This document shows, one piece after another, positions 12,798 through 24,661 of a stretch of DNA of 64,000 nucleotides. The notes beneath the pieces are model-generated. The model saw only the letters and a list, made by a program, of their open reading frames with translations, made no database searches and was not told the DNA's origin. Position numbers and translations under genes: made by a program. This DNA is from Podarcis tiliguerta (Eukaryota). How positions within the stretch are numbered: position 1 is the first letter of the stretch; each line of letters begins with the position of its first letter. The DNA lies in the NCBI GenBank assembly GCA_965153285.1, contig OZ229115.1. One strand, 5' to 3'.

Positions 12798-14035
12798 CTG
12801 AAAAACACAGTAGGTAGAGTCAACCCATTCTTCTGAACCCATTTTATATATACACACAAAGCCTCAAGAAGCAGGTAAAAAATATTGTAGTGCAGAAAGG
12901 GTGGGAAGCAATCGGCACAGTGTTGGCTCTTTCCCAATCCTTTCTAAAGAGGTGGCAGTAACAACACAGGAAAAGCTGACCTTGTACTTCTGCAAGAGGG
13001 TTGTAAATGGGAGTGCTCTTCGCCCTTATCTCAGTAGTGTTGAAACTATGCTTATCACGAACACTAGTCTTCAACTGGTTGTTCAGGAGCCACTACTAGA
13101 CTGAAGCCTGATCTGACAGTAAAGAAAAAAGAAAGAAAAGGGGTCCCTAGTTGCATGCTTCAGTTAAAGGTGGGGCTGGGTCCCAAAAGGTTGCTGATCT
13201 CGCAGAACTTGTGATGCACCAAGCCAAATGCAACCCACCACCAATGTATAGCTGCCTACAAGGGTCTTGGTGAGCCTCGTGTTTTGCCAACAGGCGATGT
13301 GCAAGACCCCTGAGACCCTGGAGAGCAACTGGTAATCAGAGCTGGCCCTACTGAGCTAGCTGAACAAACGGTGTGTCTTGATATCAGACAGTTCGCCCTC
13401 CCCCTGTCTTTGCACTGAGACTTATTGGGTAGCTGCTCACAGCGCCGATCATTCTTGATGTACCGATACCCTAACAAAGTATGAAGACAGCTTCATATGT
13501 CCGAGTGACTCATTTTATTACAATTCAAAAATTACTTTCCCCTGTGCAGTGAAGCCAGTGTCATCTTCAAAGCAAGAGCAGCCCAAAACGTGAGCTGGGG
13601 GGGGGGGGAGTGCTCAGTGCAGAATCTCTGGTGATGATAATGATAACAGTCTTTAGCAGTTGCAGATGGCATTTCATCTTCCAAGAGCTGGGAGAAACAC
13701 TAATTAATGGCCAGAGAGCTAGTCAGCTTGCTAAGCTTAGCAAAGCTATTTCCGAAAGAGATTTCAAGCAGATTGCAACTTTGTGTTTTATGCATAATTG
13801 AGTTGGAAAAGCCTTCCTAAATGTAAATGATTAAGATTACATTCCACTTGCCAAAGCCGCACAGTCCGCTATCTCGCTGCACTGCCCACGAAACAATAGT
13901 GACATTTAAATGAATATCTCTTCTTATTATATTCCCTTCGTGATATTTAATGGGAAAATAAAGACAGCTGGGGCAAAAGCACACTCTCTCCTGATCAGCG
14001 ATGTCGGGCATGAAAGGGGAGAGGCCAGATCTTAC

Positions 14036-14189
14036 CTTTCAAAAATGCATTTCCATTGCCCTGGCACTGACTGCAGTGACAGCTATTCGTTTCCTGTTGG
14101 AACTCTTCCAGGGCACGCCTCAAGTTTTGTTTCAGTGTATTTGCATTTGCAAAGGTGGTGGCAGTTGCTAATTCATACAGTGGCTCCAC
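14036..14189 (-). CDS. C8B: C8 beta exon 10 (end of MACPF, start of EGF)
   Basis: tgtag|GTG..AAA G|gtaag, 154 nt; VEPLYELATATTFANANTLKQNLRRALEEFQQETNSCHCSQCQGNGNAFLK. Confidence 0.97.
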
Positions 14190-15825
14190 CTACATTGAGA
14201 GGGGAGGGGGGGAGAAGTGGTAATATACTTTAAATTAAAAATGTTTTTAGAGTGCATTGCAGTCCTCCAGTCTTGAAGTCACCAATGCCTGAACTACTGT
14301 GGTCATGCTTTCCTTGTCCAGAAACAGCCATAGTTGTCACATCTGTCACAGCTGGTTAAAGGTACTTCAGGCCACTGAAGTTACATAAATTCAAGTTTTG
14401 GATTATAACTTCCATTAGCACTGACCATGCTGGCTGTGGGCCTCAGACCCAGCACCAGTGTTTGCTCAGGTCTGGCACTGACCCCAGGGCTCAGAAGAGC
14501 CCCTCATTGGTCTGAGCCAGATGTGCCACCCATCACTACTCTCCCTCCCAAACCAAGTGGTGGGTGGGCATCAGTGGCACCTTTGAAAGAGAGTCAAGCT
14601 CAGCTTCCCTCCACAGTCACTGTCTTCAGAGTTAATACTTGAACACTATATCCATTATATCCACCCCTCACAATCAGATTTTAATAGCTGTTGTTAAACT
14701 AGAGTTGGGGGACCTTTTTGGGTCAAGGTCCATGCTCCTGTGATGGTAATCTATTGGGAGGCCAACTTGCTCGTGGGTAAGGTACAAACCAGCCAGTGGG
14801 CAGAGCCCCAGTTCCTCTCTCTTTATCTGTTACCAGCTTTCACTCTCTTTCTGAACTCTCCTTTCTCCCCACAAGTGGAGAAGAGATTGCTATCACCAGA
14901 GATCTGAATTGTTAGCTTACAAGGGTCTTTTGAAATGAGGCTCAGGGCTACATGCAACCCAAGGACTACAGCTTGCCCACCCTTAGGTTTCAATCCAAAG
15001 ATGTGCCAATGGAAGGAGACCAGTAGAAGGTGATTTTTGTATCCCTTCCTCCTCCAGAGTAAACACTCCAGAATAGGGATGGAACAGAAATTCAACTCAG
15101 TTTTCATTTAAAGTTTCATCAATGAAATTTTCACTTTCCAAAGCAAAAGTGTAGCCATACTTCAGAATTCGCACATCCAGTTTTTGCAAAGCAGTTCTCC
15201 AAATAAACAATGTTTGTATAAATGCTTATATATGGGGTAAGTGTGCATAAAAATGAAGACATGGGGGGGGGGTAACATACAAAAATATATTTGGGAAATT
15301 GCTTGTAAAAATGTTAAAGCTGCATATAAAGTTGTGTTAAGAGAAATTTGCACAAGAATGCTAATGAATTTTCATGAGGATAATTGCACATTGCTGCAAA
15401 ATGTGGAGAACTGAATTTATGATCAGGGAAATGAGAAAGAGGGAACCAAAACTGATAGATCCTCCAATCTCTATTCCTGAATTGGGTGGAAAATGCTTTT
15501 TTTAAAAAAATGGATGAGGACACCTTTCATGAGAGCGCCCAGCCCTTAGGAGAGACATGGGAGCTCCTTGGGGAAGTCAGGGCACTGTAAAGTAATCTTC
15601 TAGTCATTTTTCTGGTTAGAAACTAAAGTGAAATTTAATTGATCATGTCTTTACTCTTTCAATCATATAATCAAATTTATTTTTCCATCTTGATTACATC
15701 ACAGTTTCAATTTCAATGTGAAAATTTGAAATTCACATACTTAAATTTTAGCAAATTTGTACAAGCCTTGTATCCCCAAACACATTTCAGTGTGTCAATA
15801 TAGCATTGTGATAGCTCTACATCAC

Positions 15826-15989
15826 CTTCATCCGGATGATTTCAGGGTTGTATTGAACAGCATCTCCCCACTCTTGCATCAGTTCTGCAGTGGGCAGGTC
15901 TTTGTAAGCAAGTGTTGTTATATATTCACTTGCACCTCCACGAACAAGGGCGACAAAGTCATCTACAATTTTCCTTTCTGCTGTGTTAT
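15826..15989 (-). CDS. C8B: C8 beta exon 9 (MACPF)
   Basis: ctacag|AT..AAG|gtgat, 164 nt; DNTAERKIVDDFVALVRGGASEYITTLAYKDLPTAELMQEWGDAVQYNPEIIRMK. Confidence 0.97.
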
Positions 15990-16297
15990 CTGTAGAGGTA
16001 CAATTAAACACATCAGTTCAGATTACGTGTGCATCCGTACATGAATATTTATCATCTGATAACTGTAACATCAAGCAATGATTTAGACAAGTGGAAAGAC
16101 CTCCTGCATACAAGGCTGCAGACGGAATGCCATCCTTCCTTCTAATAATGAACCCAGGATGTTTCAGAAGGATAGGAAAGGAAAAGGAATGCTCTTTTCC
16201 TTTCAAGCTTTCCAGAATCTATAAAGGCACTCCCTGGCAATAAAATCCCCTGATGATAAAGCTTCAAAATGTTCAGGTTTGAACCTTTCAAACCTCT

Positions 16298-16437
16298 AGT
16301 GCAGGTATCTGGAACCTTTGGCACTCCAGATGTTACTGAACTACAACTCCCAGAATCCCTGGCAATTGGGCATGCTTTCTGGGGCTGATGGGAATTACAG
16401 TTTAGCAACATCTAGAAGGCCAAAGGTTATCCACACC
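16298..16437. mobile_element. Short palindromic MITE (hAT-like, actacaactcccag family)
   Basis: aacctttggcactccagatgtt..gaactacaactcccag..ctgatgggaattacagtt..aacatctagaaggccaaaggtt is self-complementary. Degenerate relatives near 7.5, 8.7, 12.35, 37.5, 44.65 and 58.8 kb. Confidence 0.6.
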
Positions 16438-17362
16438 AGATCAAGTGTTAGTAGTATAGCACAGCAGGATAAGGCGAGGTAACTTTTTTTTTTTTTAAGT
16501 ACCCATCAAGACTTCTCCATTCTTGAAACTTCCTCAACCCCGACCTGAATAGCACAAGATTCCTGCACCAGGTTGTCCAGAAATGTGAAGAGGAACACGC
16601 CACTTAGCAGCTTGGGACACTGCAATGTCCACTCGTATCACCTTAAATTTAATATCGTTAAACAGAGGAAATATAAGCAACGAGCTCAAGTGAGTAAGGA
16701 ATTATTCACTGTTTTATGCAATCATTTTTAATTATTTTTTTAAATTGTATCTTTGTGACCCTCTAGATTAGCTTTCTGGTGTCCTCAAGAGATTTTGTCC
16801 TCAAGAGATTTTGGATCACAACACTAGTCTGCCCCAGCCAGCATAGCTATTCAAGTTGTAGTCTAAAACACCTGAAGGGCAACAGGTTGGGGAAGTCCGC
16901 TTTAAGCCCTGTTTATAAATACTATTTTATAAAATTACTATTTTATAATTACTATTTTTATAAAAGATCAGTCATGCCTTACTTTAAATTGATTTATTTA
17001 GTGTGTTTTTGGTAAACTGCTGATGGTCCTTTTTCTGCCTTCCTCTTCTCTTTCTTTCTTTGTGTTATTATTTTAGTATGTTTTGAAGGATATATGCAAA
17101 AGGGCTGCTATTTTCTCTGTTTCCTATGTTTGTAACAACCACCGAAACGTTATAGCAGCCCATTGCTTTTCAATGGACTGGTACTTTTCAAAATAAAATA
17201 CGCTTTTTACAAAACTGCCTCCTTTAAAACTCACATTTTATCAACAATTACAGTCACCTTTTAACAAAATTGTCTTCTTTTTGAAACAAGTATTTTGTTC
17301 ATGAATGAAATTTCTAAATTAGTGTGTGGATTGTTCACATTCCTTGCCCATGGTTCACTTAC

Positions 17363-17491
17363 CTCCAATTTCTTTTAAAATGTCACCACAACCTGCAATT
17401 GATATTCCAGCTGATAGATAAACGCCATAAATATTTGCACCAACTTTGACTCCGTGATTTGTACAAGACTGGACATCACTTAAAGAGTAGC
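17363..17491 (-). CDS. C8B: C8 beta exon 8 (MACPF, TMH2 region)
   Basis: ccttaag|GC..GGA G|gtaag, 129 nt; GYSLSDVQSCTNHGVKVGANIYGVYLSAGISIAGCGDILKEIG. Confidence 0.95.
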
Positions 17492-17499
17492 CTTAAGGA

Positions 17500-17538
<39 letters not shown>

Positions 17539-17690
17539 ACACAATATTTATTAAAAGAAACAGGTTTGGATCCGAAATCTGTGTGAGTGTATGACTATCA
17601 GGAAGAATGCACCCAACCCCAGCTGCTCCGAGTGTCTCCTGACCCTCTGGATCCATGTCGCTTGGAATTGCAACAGAGACAGAAAATGGG

Positions 17691-17883
17691 AACATGGGAA
17701 CAAAAGAAGCTGCCTTATATTGAGTGAGATCTTTGTTCTATCTACCTCTGCATTGTCTACAATGACTCTCCAGCATTTCAGGTAGGTAACAATCCCAGTC
17801 CTACCTAGAGATGCTGGGGATTGAACCTGAGACCCTCTGTATGCAAAGCAGATGTTTTCCACCACTAAGCCAAGGCTCCTCCC
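17691..17883 (-). mobile_element. Degenerate tRNA-derived SINE (Squam3-like)
   Basis: Plus strand ggggattgaacctgagacc..gcagatgttttccaccactaagc is a reversed B/A-box head. The tail aagctgccttatattgagt recurs near 25.13 and 44.77 kb. Confidence 0.65.
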
Positions 17884-17911
17884 AATTGGCACTGCGTAAG
17901 CAGAAAACAGT

Positions 17912-18267
17912 GGGACGCAGGTGGCACTGTGGGTTAAACCACAGAGCCTAGGGCTTGCCAATCAGAAGGTTGGCGGTTCGAATCCCCGCGACGGGGTGAG
18001 CTCCCGTTGCTCGGTCCCTGCTCCTGCCAACCTAGCAGTTTGAAAGCACGTCAGACTGCAAGTAGATAAATAGGTACCGCTCCGGCAGGAAGGTAAACGG
18101 CATTACCGTGTGCTGCTCTGGTTCACCAGAAGCAGCTTAGTCATGCTGACCACATGACCCGGAGGCTGTACGCCGGCTCCCTCGGCCAGTAAAGCGAGAT
18201 GAGCACTGCAACCCCAGAGTTGTCCACGACTGGACCTAACAGTCATGGGTCCCTTTACCTTTACCTT
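17912..18267 (+). mobile_element. Full-length Sauria SINE
   Basis: GGGACGCAGGTGGCACTGTGGGTTAAACC head, B-box GGTTCGAATCC, (ACCTTT)n tail. 14-bp TSD TAAGCAGAAAACAG at 17897-17910 and 18268-18281. Confidence 0.93.
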
Positions 18268-18701
18268 TAAGCAGAAAACAGCTAGAGAACACCCCAGAAG
18301 GCCATATAAAAACAGGTGCCTACCTGTCTACTTGGAAGGAGGGGGAATTTAACCCATTGCCCTACCATGGTCTTGATGGAATCAACCCTCTGTTCCTGCT
18401 ATTTCCAGTGGGAGGAAAGCTGTCATTAGCACCAACGGGAGCTTTCCCCCCCTTGCAAATAGGGGCTTGTGCATGAGGTGAACAATGACGAGTTAAAGCT
18501 CCCCAACTATTTGTTAAACAAACAAACAAACACAGCTGCACAATGCCAAAGTATGCAATAAATATCACATCTACCTTGGCCCTTAGAGAAAGACTTGGGC
18601 TACTATCTATATATCAATATCAATGTCATCAATATCAATATATATCTACCATCTAAACATACACACAATGAAGGATAAATTCTTCACTAACAGTAGTGGT
18701 G

Positions 18702-18754
18702 TATTCTATTCTATTCTATTCTATTCTATTCTATTCTATTCTATTCTATTCTAT
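18702..18754. repeat. (TATTC)n microsatellite
   Basis: Directly visible. Confidence 0.95.
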
Positions 18755-20791
18755 CCCTCCACAGCTGTGTTTCCAAAGAAAATAGCACCCTTCACAAAGC
18801 AATCATGCTTAGATTTGGGGGTTGGGTGAGGGAAGCTCTCATAGGCTCCAATGGGTGTTTCCCCTGGAAGTCTCATTTCTATACAGGGGTGTGAGGGCTG
18901 AGGTGGAGAGGCCATAGGCTAGATGTGTCATGGCCCAGATATGGCCTAAGGGCTAGTAGTTCCCCATCCCTGCCCTATCCTCTTGCCATCCAATAAATGA
19001 GAAAACAGATTGCATGAGATTGGGAGCACTGAATGAGGTTTTATCTTCATGACCAGGAATTTTACAGCTTCCCATCTCCTGAGCTCCCACATCCCCTGAA
19101 AACTCCCTGGAAAATGCTGTGGGACTTCCAGAGCATCAGCCACCAGAGAAATGCTGGTTGCACAGAAGTGCTTTGTTTGTGTGCATGGACTTCTCTGGAT
19201 CCGAGTCACTGCATGTCATAGAGAGGAATCCAGTAAGACCTTCTACAGACAGTTTGTCAAGCTCCCGTTGCCAATGGGTAAACAAGAGACTGAAGCTATT
19301 GATTAACAGCCCAAAGCTCTCTTTGTTCTACACAACAAACACTAGCCCTTGTGAAAGCACCATCCATCAAGCAGTAAGAGCAATGTCAGATAGGAGAGTC
19401 ATCCCAGTAAATTATTTACCGCTCCTCAGAGTCCTACGATCTGTATGCTTACAGAAATGGAGAGGAGTGGCACAACTAGAAACCTTAGAGAACCTACAAG
19501 ATTGAGAGGGGGTTAGCTTCAGATTTTATCAATGGATTTAGCCATTTTATTGTTCTTGGAAAGTGTTTCCCAGCCATTTTCAAGTGGTTGAAAAAATACT
19601 TTAACAGTGTAACCTTATACACCCCTGTGTGCACAAAGTATGTCCCACAAAGTTAAATGTGGCTTCCTCCCTGGTACTGGATTGTAGCTTAAATGACTAT
19701 CATTTCTGTGATGCTTATAGGCCATAGTCATCATACAGAAGCAACATAGGAAACACGAAACATTGCAGATATTTCTGCATGATACCAACCTATGTGACAA
19801 TATCCCACACTAAATTTCCACTTATTACTTCCTTGTTAGAAATGCTGGGATTTTTTTTTTAAAAAAATCACACCTTCAAGTGGTTTGCATCTAAAATAAT
19901 AAAATCAGCAATATCAACAATCACACACTAAAATGTAAAAACAAAACAAAAACGGAGTCAGTATTAAAACCTGGAGCTAAAACAACAGAACAGCCTGGCA
20001 GAATTAGAAGCTTTTTAGACTTTCCAGAAAGGCCAATTGTATGCATCTGTCACACCTCCTTTGGGAAAGGATTGCATTAAAGAGAACTGGAGCCACCACC
20101 AACTTATGAATGACAATTTTGCCTTTCTTGGTGGCCGGTCCTGTAACCTCATTACTTCATCTCAACTCTTGGGGGTGAGGGAAATGAATACTGTATACAA
20201 GAAGGCATGGTGTCAGATAAATACCTTCCTTGTTCCTTAAGGAATTAAATATCAACATGACTTGTTACATTGCCTTTATTTATCTTGTTTCATACTCAGG
20301 AATTAAATTCTAGATTAAAAGATTAAATAATATATATGCAAGTTTCCAAGGCCCCCAATGTAAATGTACAGAGCTACAAGCCAAATGGTTAGGCCTTGAA
20401 AGTTCTGTGTCAAAATGATAACCAGGTCCATTGGGTTTGGGAGTCTAAGATAGTGGGATTAGCAGCATCACACATAATAATAGTAAATGCTCAGATCAGA
20501 CAGGTGGTTTTAAAATCTGAGCAAATAATAACAAGCAAAGTCACCAGCAGAAAGATACAGACATGTAATCACAAATATTTGTTGCTTTCTCATTGAAAGA
20601 GCCTGACAGTCAGCATCCAGCTAAATCAAACAAACAATTCTCTTTGCAGGAAAATGAATTAATCAGGTAACTATTGCTTTACTCAAATATGCCACCTTGT
20701 GTGATGTCAAATACCTATGCTGGGTTCAGAACATTGTTCCATGTCAGCATAAAACAATCTGGTTTGTCTACAGCCGTCTCAGCCCACATAC

Positions 20792-21032
20792 CTGCTCTTT
20801 GAAGCTGCTCATCATTCAAGATCAAAGTATATTCATAAATTCCACCAAGGGTAGCTTCAGTAATGTAATGTGTTCCGTAGTCTCTGTAGAGTTCTCGATA
20901 TTCCCCATAGCTGTACTCTAAAGGCAAGCGAAGAAGTCTCTGGAAGAACTCATGGTGAAGCATTAAATTCCGACTCTTCAGTTTATACTGGGCAACTTCC
21001 AGTTCGGAACGGGCATGGATAAATTTTCTAGA
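20792..21032 (-). CDS. C8B: C8 beta exon 7 (MACPF signature)
   Basis: atttag|TCT..GCA G|gtatg, 241 nt; SRKFIHARSELEVAQYKLKSRNLMLHHEFFQRLLRLPLEYSYGEYRELYRDYGTHYITEATLGGIYEYTLILNDEQLQRA, with the MACPF motif YGTHY..LGG. Confidence 0.98.
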
Positions 21033-22349
21033 CTAAATTGAAGCAAATGCATTCAAATGAGAGATAGGATATTTGTAAAGTCTTCCAACATTGCATTACA
21101 GGCCCCCCTATATATATATTTATACATCCATAGATATATTTACAACAATCTGTGTTGCTGCTTGCATTAAATACATTTTGGAAATACAATAAAATATGAA
21201 AAATATATCACACTGAACCTCAGTATGAAATAAATGTACAGGTGATGATGATGCTGCTTTGATTGATTTATTACCTTTTACATTTGTTTCAAGGTGACTT
21301 ATAAACCACTACAAATAGATTTTAAAACGGTACAAAAACAACTGAAAATAGGTTTTAAAATGATACAAAATGAATACCTAAGGTTGGAAAAGTTGGTTGG
21401 AACAGCAGCATCTTTAGTTGTTTCTAGAAAGCACAGGTATTGTCATAAAAGATGGGGGATGTGAACACATTCATTGCACCCATTCATCAGGTCTCCTGGA
21501 GAATCTGCACATAATCCTTCCATGAAAAGAGAACTGTACACATTTCCTAGTCAATATACATACTCCTCAACAGGCTTTGAGAAATGTGCATAGATTGACT
21601 GAATTTTGTACATTCTCCAGCTGTTATTTTGGCTGCATTTTGTACATTCTCCGAGCAATATGCACATTCCCCAGTCACTTTGCATAGCCTCCAAGAAGCA
21701 TGACTTTTACCTCCTTTCATGTTCAGAAATGTCTGAGATGTGCTCCTCAGGCTGCTTTTGACCCACTGCCTAATCATACATGGCCCTCTGCGTTGGCTAA
21801 CTAGCAGGAGTGAATTTAGGATGGTGCAAAGAGGGGGCACCATCTCAAAGCCCAGCAAGTGAGGCAATGGGCTTTGGGAAGGAAATATGAGGCTCTTAGA
21901 GTCCTTCCTTTTCCTTCCTAAAGCCTAGTTAGTGCTTTTTCAGCTTTGGGAAGGCTGTGGAGCGTGCCAAATATTGGCTTTGCACAGGGTGCCATAGTAC
22001 CCAAGTCTGCCATGGTTCACAAGCCTGTTCTGTGCTGCCCCACCAACCCTACTGAATAATCATTTTGCCTTGGGTGAAGCCAGAAATAACACTGGGTTGT
22101 ATGGTAGTCTATGGACTTTGCGACAAAGATATCCAGACTCATGTCTAAGCCAAAAATATGAGAAAATGTAATAGTAGGGTAACCTTCAAGAAAGTTGTGC
22201 CAGCTAGATGTATATTTTACATGGGGGGATATATGTATAGCTAACTGTATTCACATGATTCATTCATTGAAATAAATATTCAAGTTTAATTAGGGAATTA
22301 AAAATACACTAATTATTCTGGCACTGAATCAAATTTCCTAATGCACTTG

Positions 22350-22350
<1 letters not shown>

Positions 22351-22396
<46 letters not shown>
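22351..22396. repeat. (TAA)n microsatellite
   Basis: Directly visible. Confidence 0.95.
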
Positions 22397-22399
22397 TGT

Positions 22400-22509
22400 C
22401 AGTGCTATTTTTCTAGAAAAAGAGGTGCTGTCACCATGAATGCCTCCCTCATTCTCTTAAAATGGCAATGGTACCTGAGAGGCTGAGTTTCAGCTGGAAA
22501 ACTCCCCTG
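22400..22509. mobile_element. 110-bp hAT-type MITE
   Basis: CAG...CTG ends with imperfect TIRs. Perfect 8-bp TSD ATAATTGT at 22392-22399 and 22510-22517. Confidence 0.75.
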
Positions 22510-23749
22510 ATAATTGTGTTGCCTAAGTATCTAAATCTTATAACCATTTTTTTAAAAAAAATATTTTTTCATATCAGTGATAATAAGGTTTCTTCTCCCC
22601 ATAATTTTGTGAGCTGAAGAATTTGAAGATTTTGTAGTGCTGAAATCCAGTCCCGCTTTTTAAGTAGCAAGTGGTTTGTTTTGAAATAAATTCTACATGG
22701 ATCAGTATCATTCTCCCGCAATGAAACTGCGAGTATTTCATGCAACCCACACTGCTTTCCTGAACAAGGCATTTCAGTGGATGCACCGACTCTTCCAAGG
22801 TGAATCGGCTTGCTTCAGTCTATAATTAAACTATGTAAGGCCTGCAAGCAGTTTTCATTATATATTACTGTCATGACTGCCCTGCAGTGGAATAGCTTGG
22901 TTTCTTTGCTTCTATTGCCATATTCTGAACTGACAGCACCTGTCTTGTTTCACCAGTCTAACGTTAGCATGGCCTTTTATGCGCATGCTGACATCCCTCT
23001 GGAAATTCCAAGGACAGGAAGGCAGCCATCTCAGAAAGTACCCTTGGAGAAACAGATTCTTAAGCAGAAGTGAGCGGTGGGGCATCAGGGCTTTGAACCC
23101 AGGCTTCCTGTCAAATTCCAATCATACCTGTAGGGTACTCTCACACATCCCCTGTAGCCTTATCCAATAAACGAAAATGCACACTTTTACATGGCCAGAT
23201 CTTTTGCATACATCCCTCCACAGACATTCATTCCAATTCCTTCACAATATATATGCTTGCTGCCCATATACATCACTGCACAACTTTCTTTCCATGGAAC
23301 CTCCCTGAAATTATGGATCTGTGTAGCATTCTGTTATTGTTTGTATGGCTGTTTGTTTGTTTTTAACAACTGTAGCTCTGTGAGGGAAACAAGGGTCTCC
23401 GAACAACTTTACGCACCCCTAACAATCTATAGCTTCCCGTATTCTTTAAAGGAAACCATGACTGTTTGAAGTGCGAAGATCGTGCTTTAATGTATGGTGT
23501 GGACTGAGTAATGTGTCAGAATGATCCCAGACCTGAACCATTGTTTTGGAGCTAATTCAGAAAGGGTGATGTGACAACAGAAAGAAATCTCTGAATATAG
23601 TGATTTTCAGCTCTAAATGTGGTGTGAAAACATTTGAGCAAAACTAAAAACACCCTTACTTTTCCTAACTTCAAAACACAGTACACAGTGTTTCTAAAAC
23701 TGTCCATGTTCACTAAAATGAACCTAGAGTTATGGAGAAGCATGTTTAC

Positions 23750-23947
23750 CGTTGAAGAAAATCGTTTTGTCCTCTGAATGTACTTCTGGTACCTCTGGTC
23801 ATCCTTACTGTAACCAACTTCAAACATGCCTGGTATTTTTATGCCAATGCTGAAGCTTTGTTGTTTCGCTTTTGCCTTGGAGACATTCTCTTCAAAACTT
23901 GAATAAGATTCATATTCAGTCAACACAAATTCATATTTGCCTTTGGT
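23750..23947 (-). CDS. C8B: C8 beta exon 6 (MACPF, TMH1 region)
   Basis: tttag|ACC..ACG|gtaaac, 198 nt; TKGKYEFVLTEYESYSSFEENVSKAKAKQQSFSIGIKIPGMFEVGYSKDDQRYQKYIQRTKRFSST. Confidence 0.97.
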
Positions 23948-24528
23948 CTAAACAAAAAAAAATGAATAAGGAATTTTTTGTATCCTGATTCCATGCCTAA
24001 AGTTATCATAATTTTTGTAATTTTCATTCTATATATTTATTGCAAACCAATAAAACCAATAAATAAATTTATTGCAAACCAATATTCTGTATATGACAGC
24101 AAATAAATGGCATTCATAATTAAATAAATACATAGTTGTCCACATGCAGACATGTTTTACACATAAGGCATATGGCTGGTTGGTAGAAAGTTAAGTGCCT
24201 CAACAATATATTACAAAAATATGTATTGCTGATTCATTAAAAGAGAGACAGAATCCTTAGCTGCTTTGCTGAAAATATGAAAAATCTTCCTTATGAAGGA
24301 AAAATGCAACTCATAATACCTGATATTATCAGTGAAGAGGTCTTCTGGATTATCTCTAACACACATATGTAGAGTACTTGAGGAAGCCCAAGTGACTTGG
24401 ACTTCACATAAAACACGTAAGCATAAAACATAAATATTTGGTTGAGCATTATTTTTACTTTAATAAATGACTTGATGTATCAACAATCCGAGGAATTTTA
24501 ACTGCACATACAGCTCTTCAATACATAC

Positions 24529-24661
24529 CTCTGCCAAATAGCTTTCTACATTGTATGGTTTTCTGAAATTGGTGTCTCCAATATACTGGGGAGAACATGC
24601 TCCAGCATAGTATTTATAGTCTAAAACCCATCCTTCCAGGTCGTTTGTGAAAATATTTAAT
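24529..24661 (-). CDS. C8B: C8 beta exon 5
   Basis: ccccag|A..GAG|gtatg, 133 nt; GLNIFTNDLEGWVLDYKYYAGACSPQYIGDTNFRKPYNVESYLAE. Confidence 0.97.

Noticed and set aside
22569-22772. Minus-strand ORF with KKRDWISALQNL, resembling a PH-domain C-terminal helix
   Set aside because: The match is short, the rest of the domain is not recognisable, and there are no convincing splice sites. Treated as chance.
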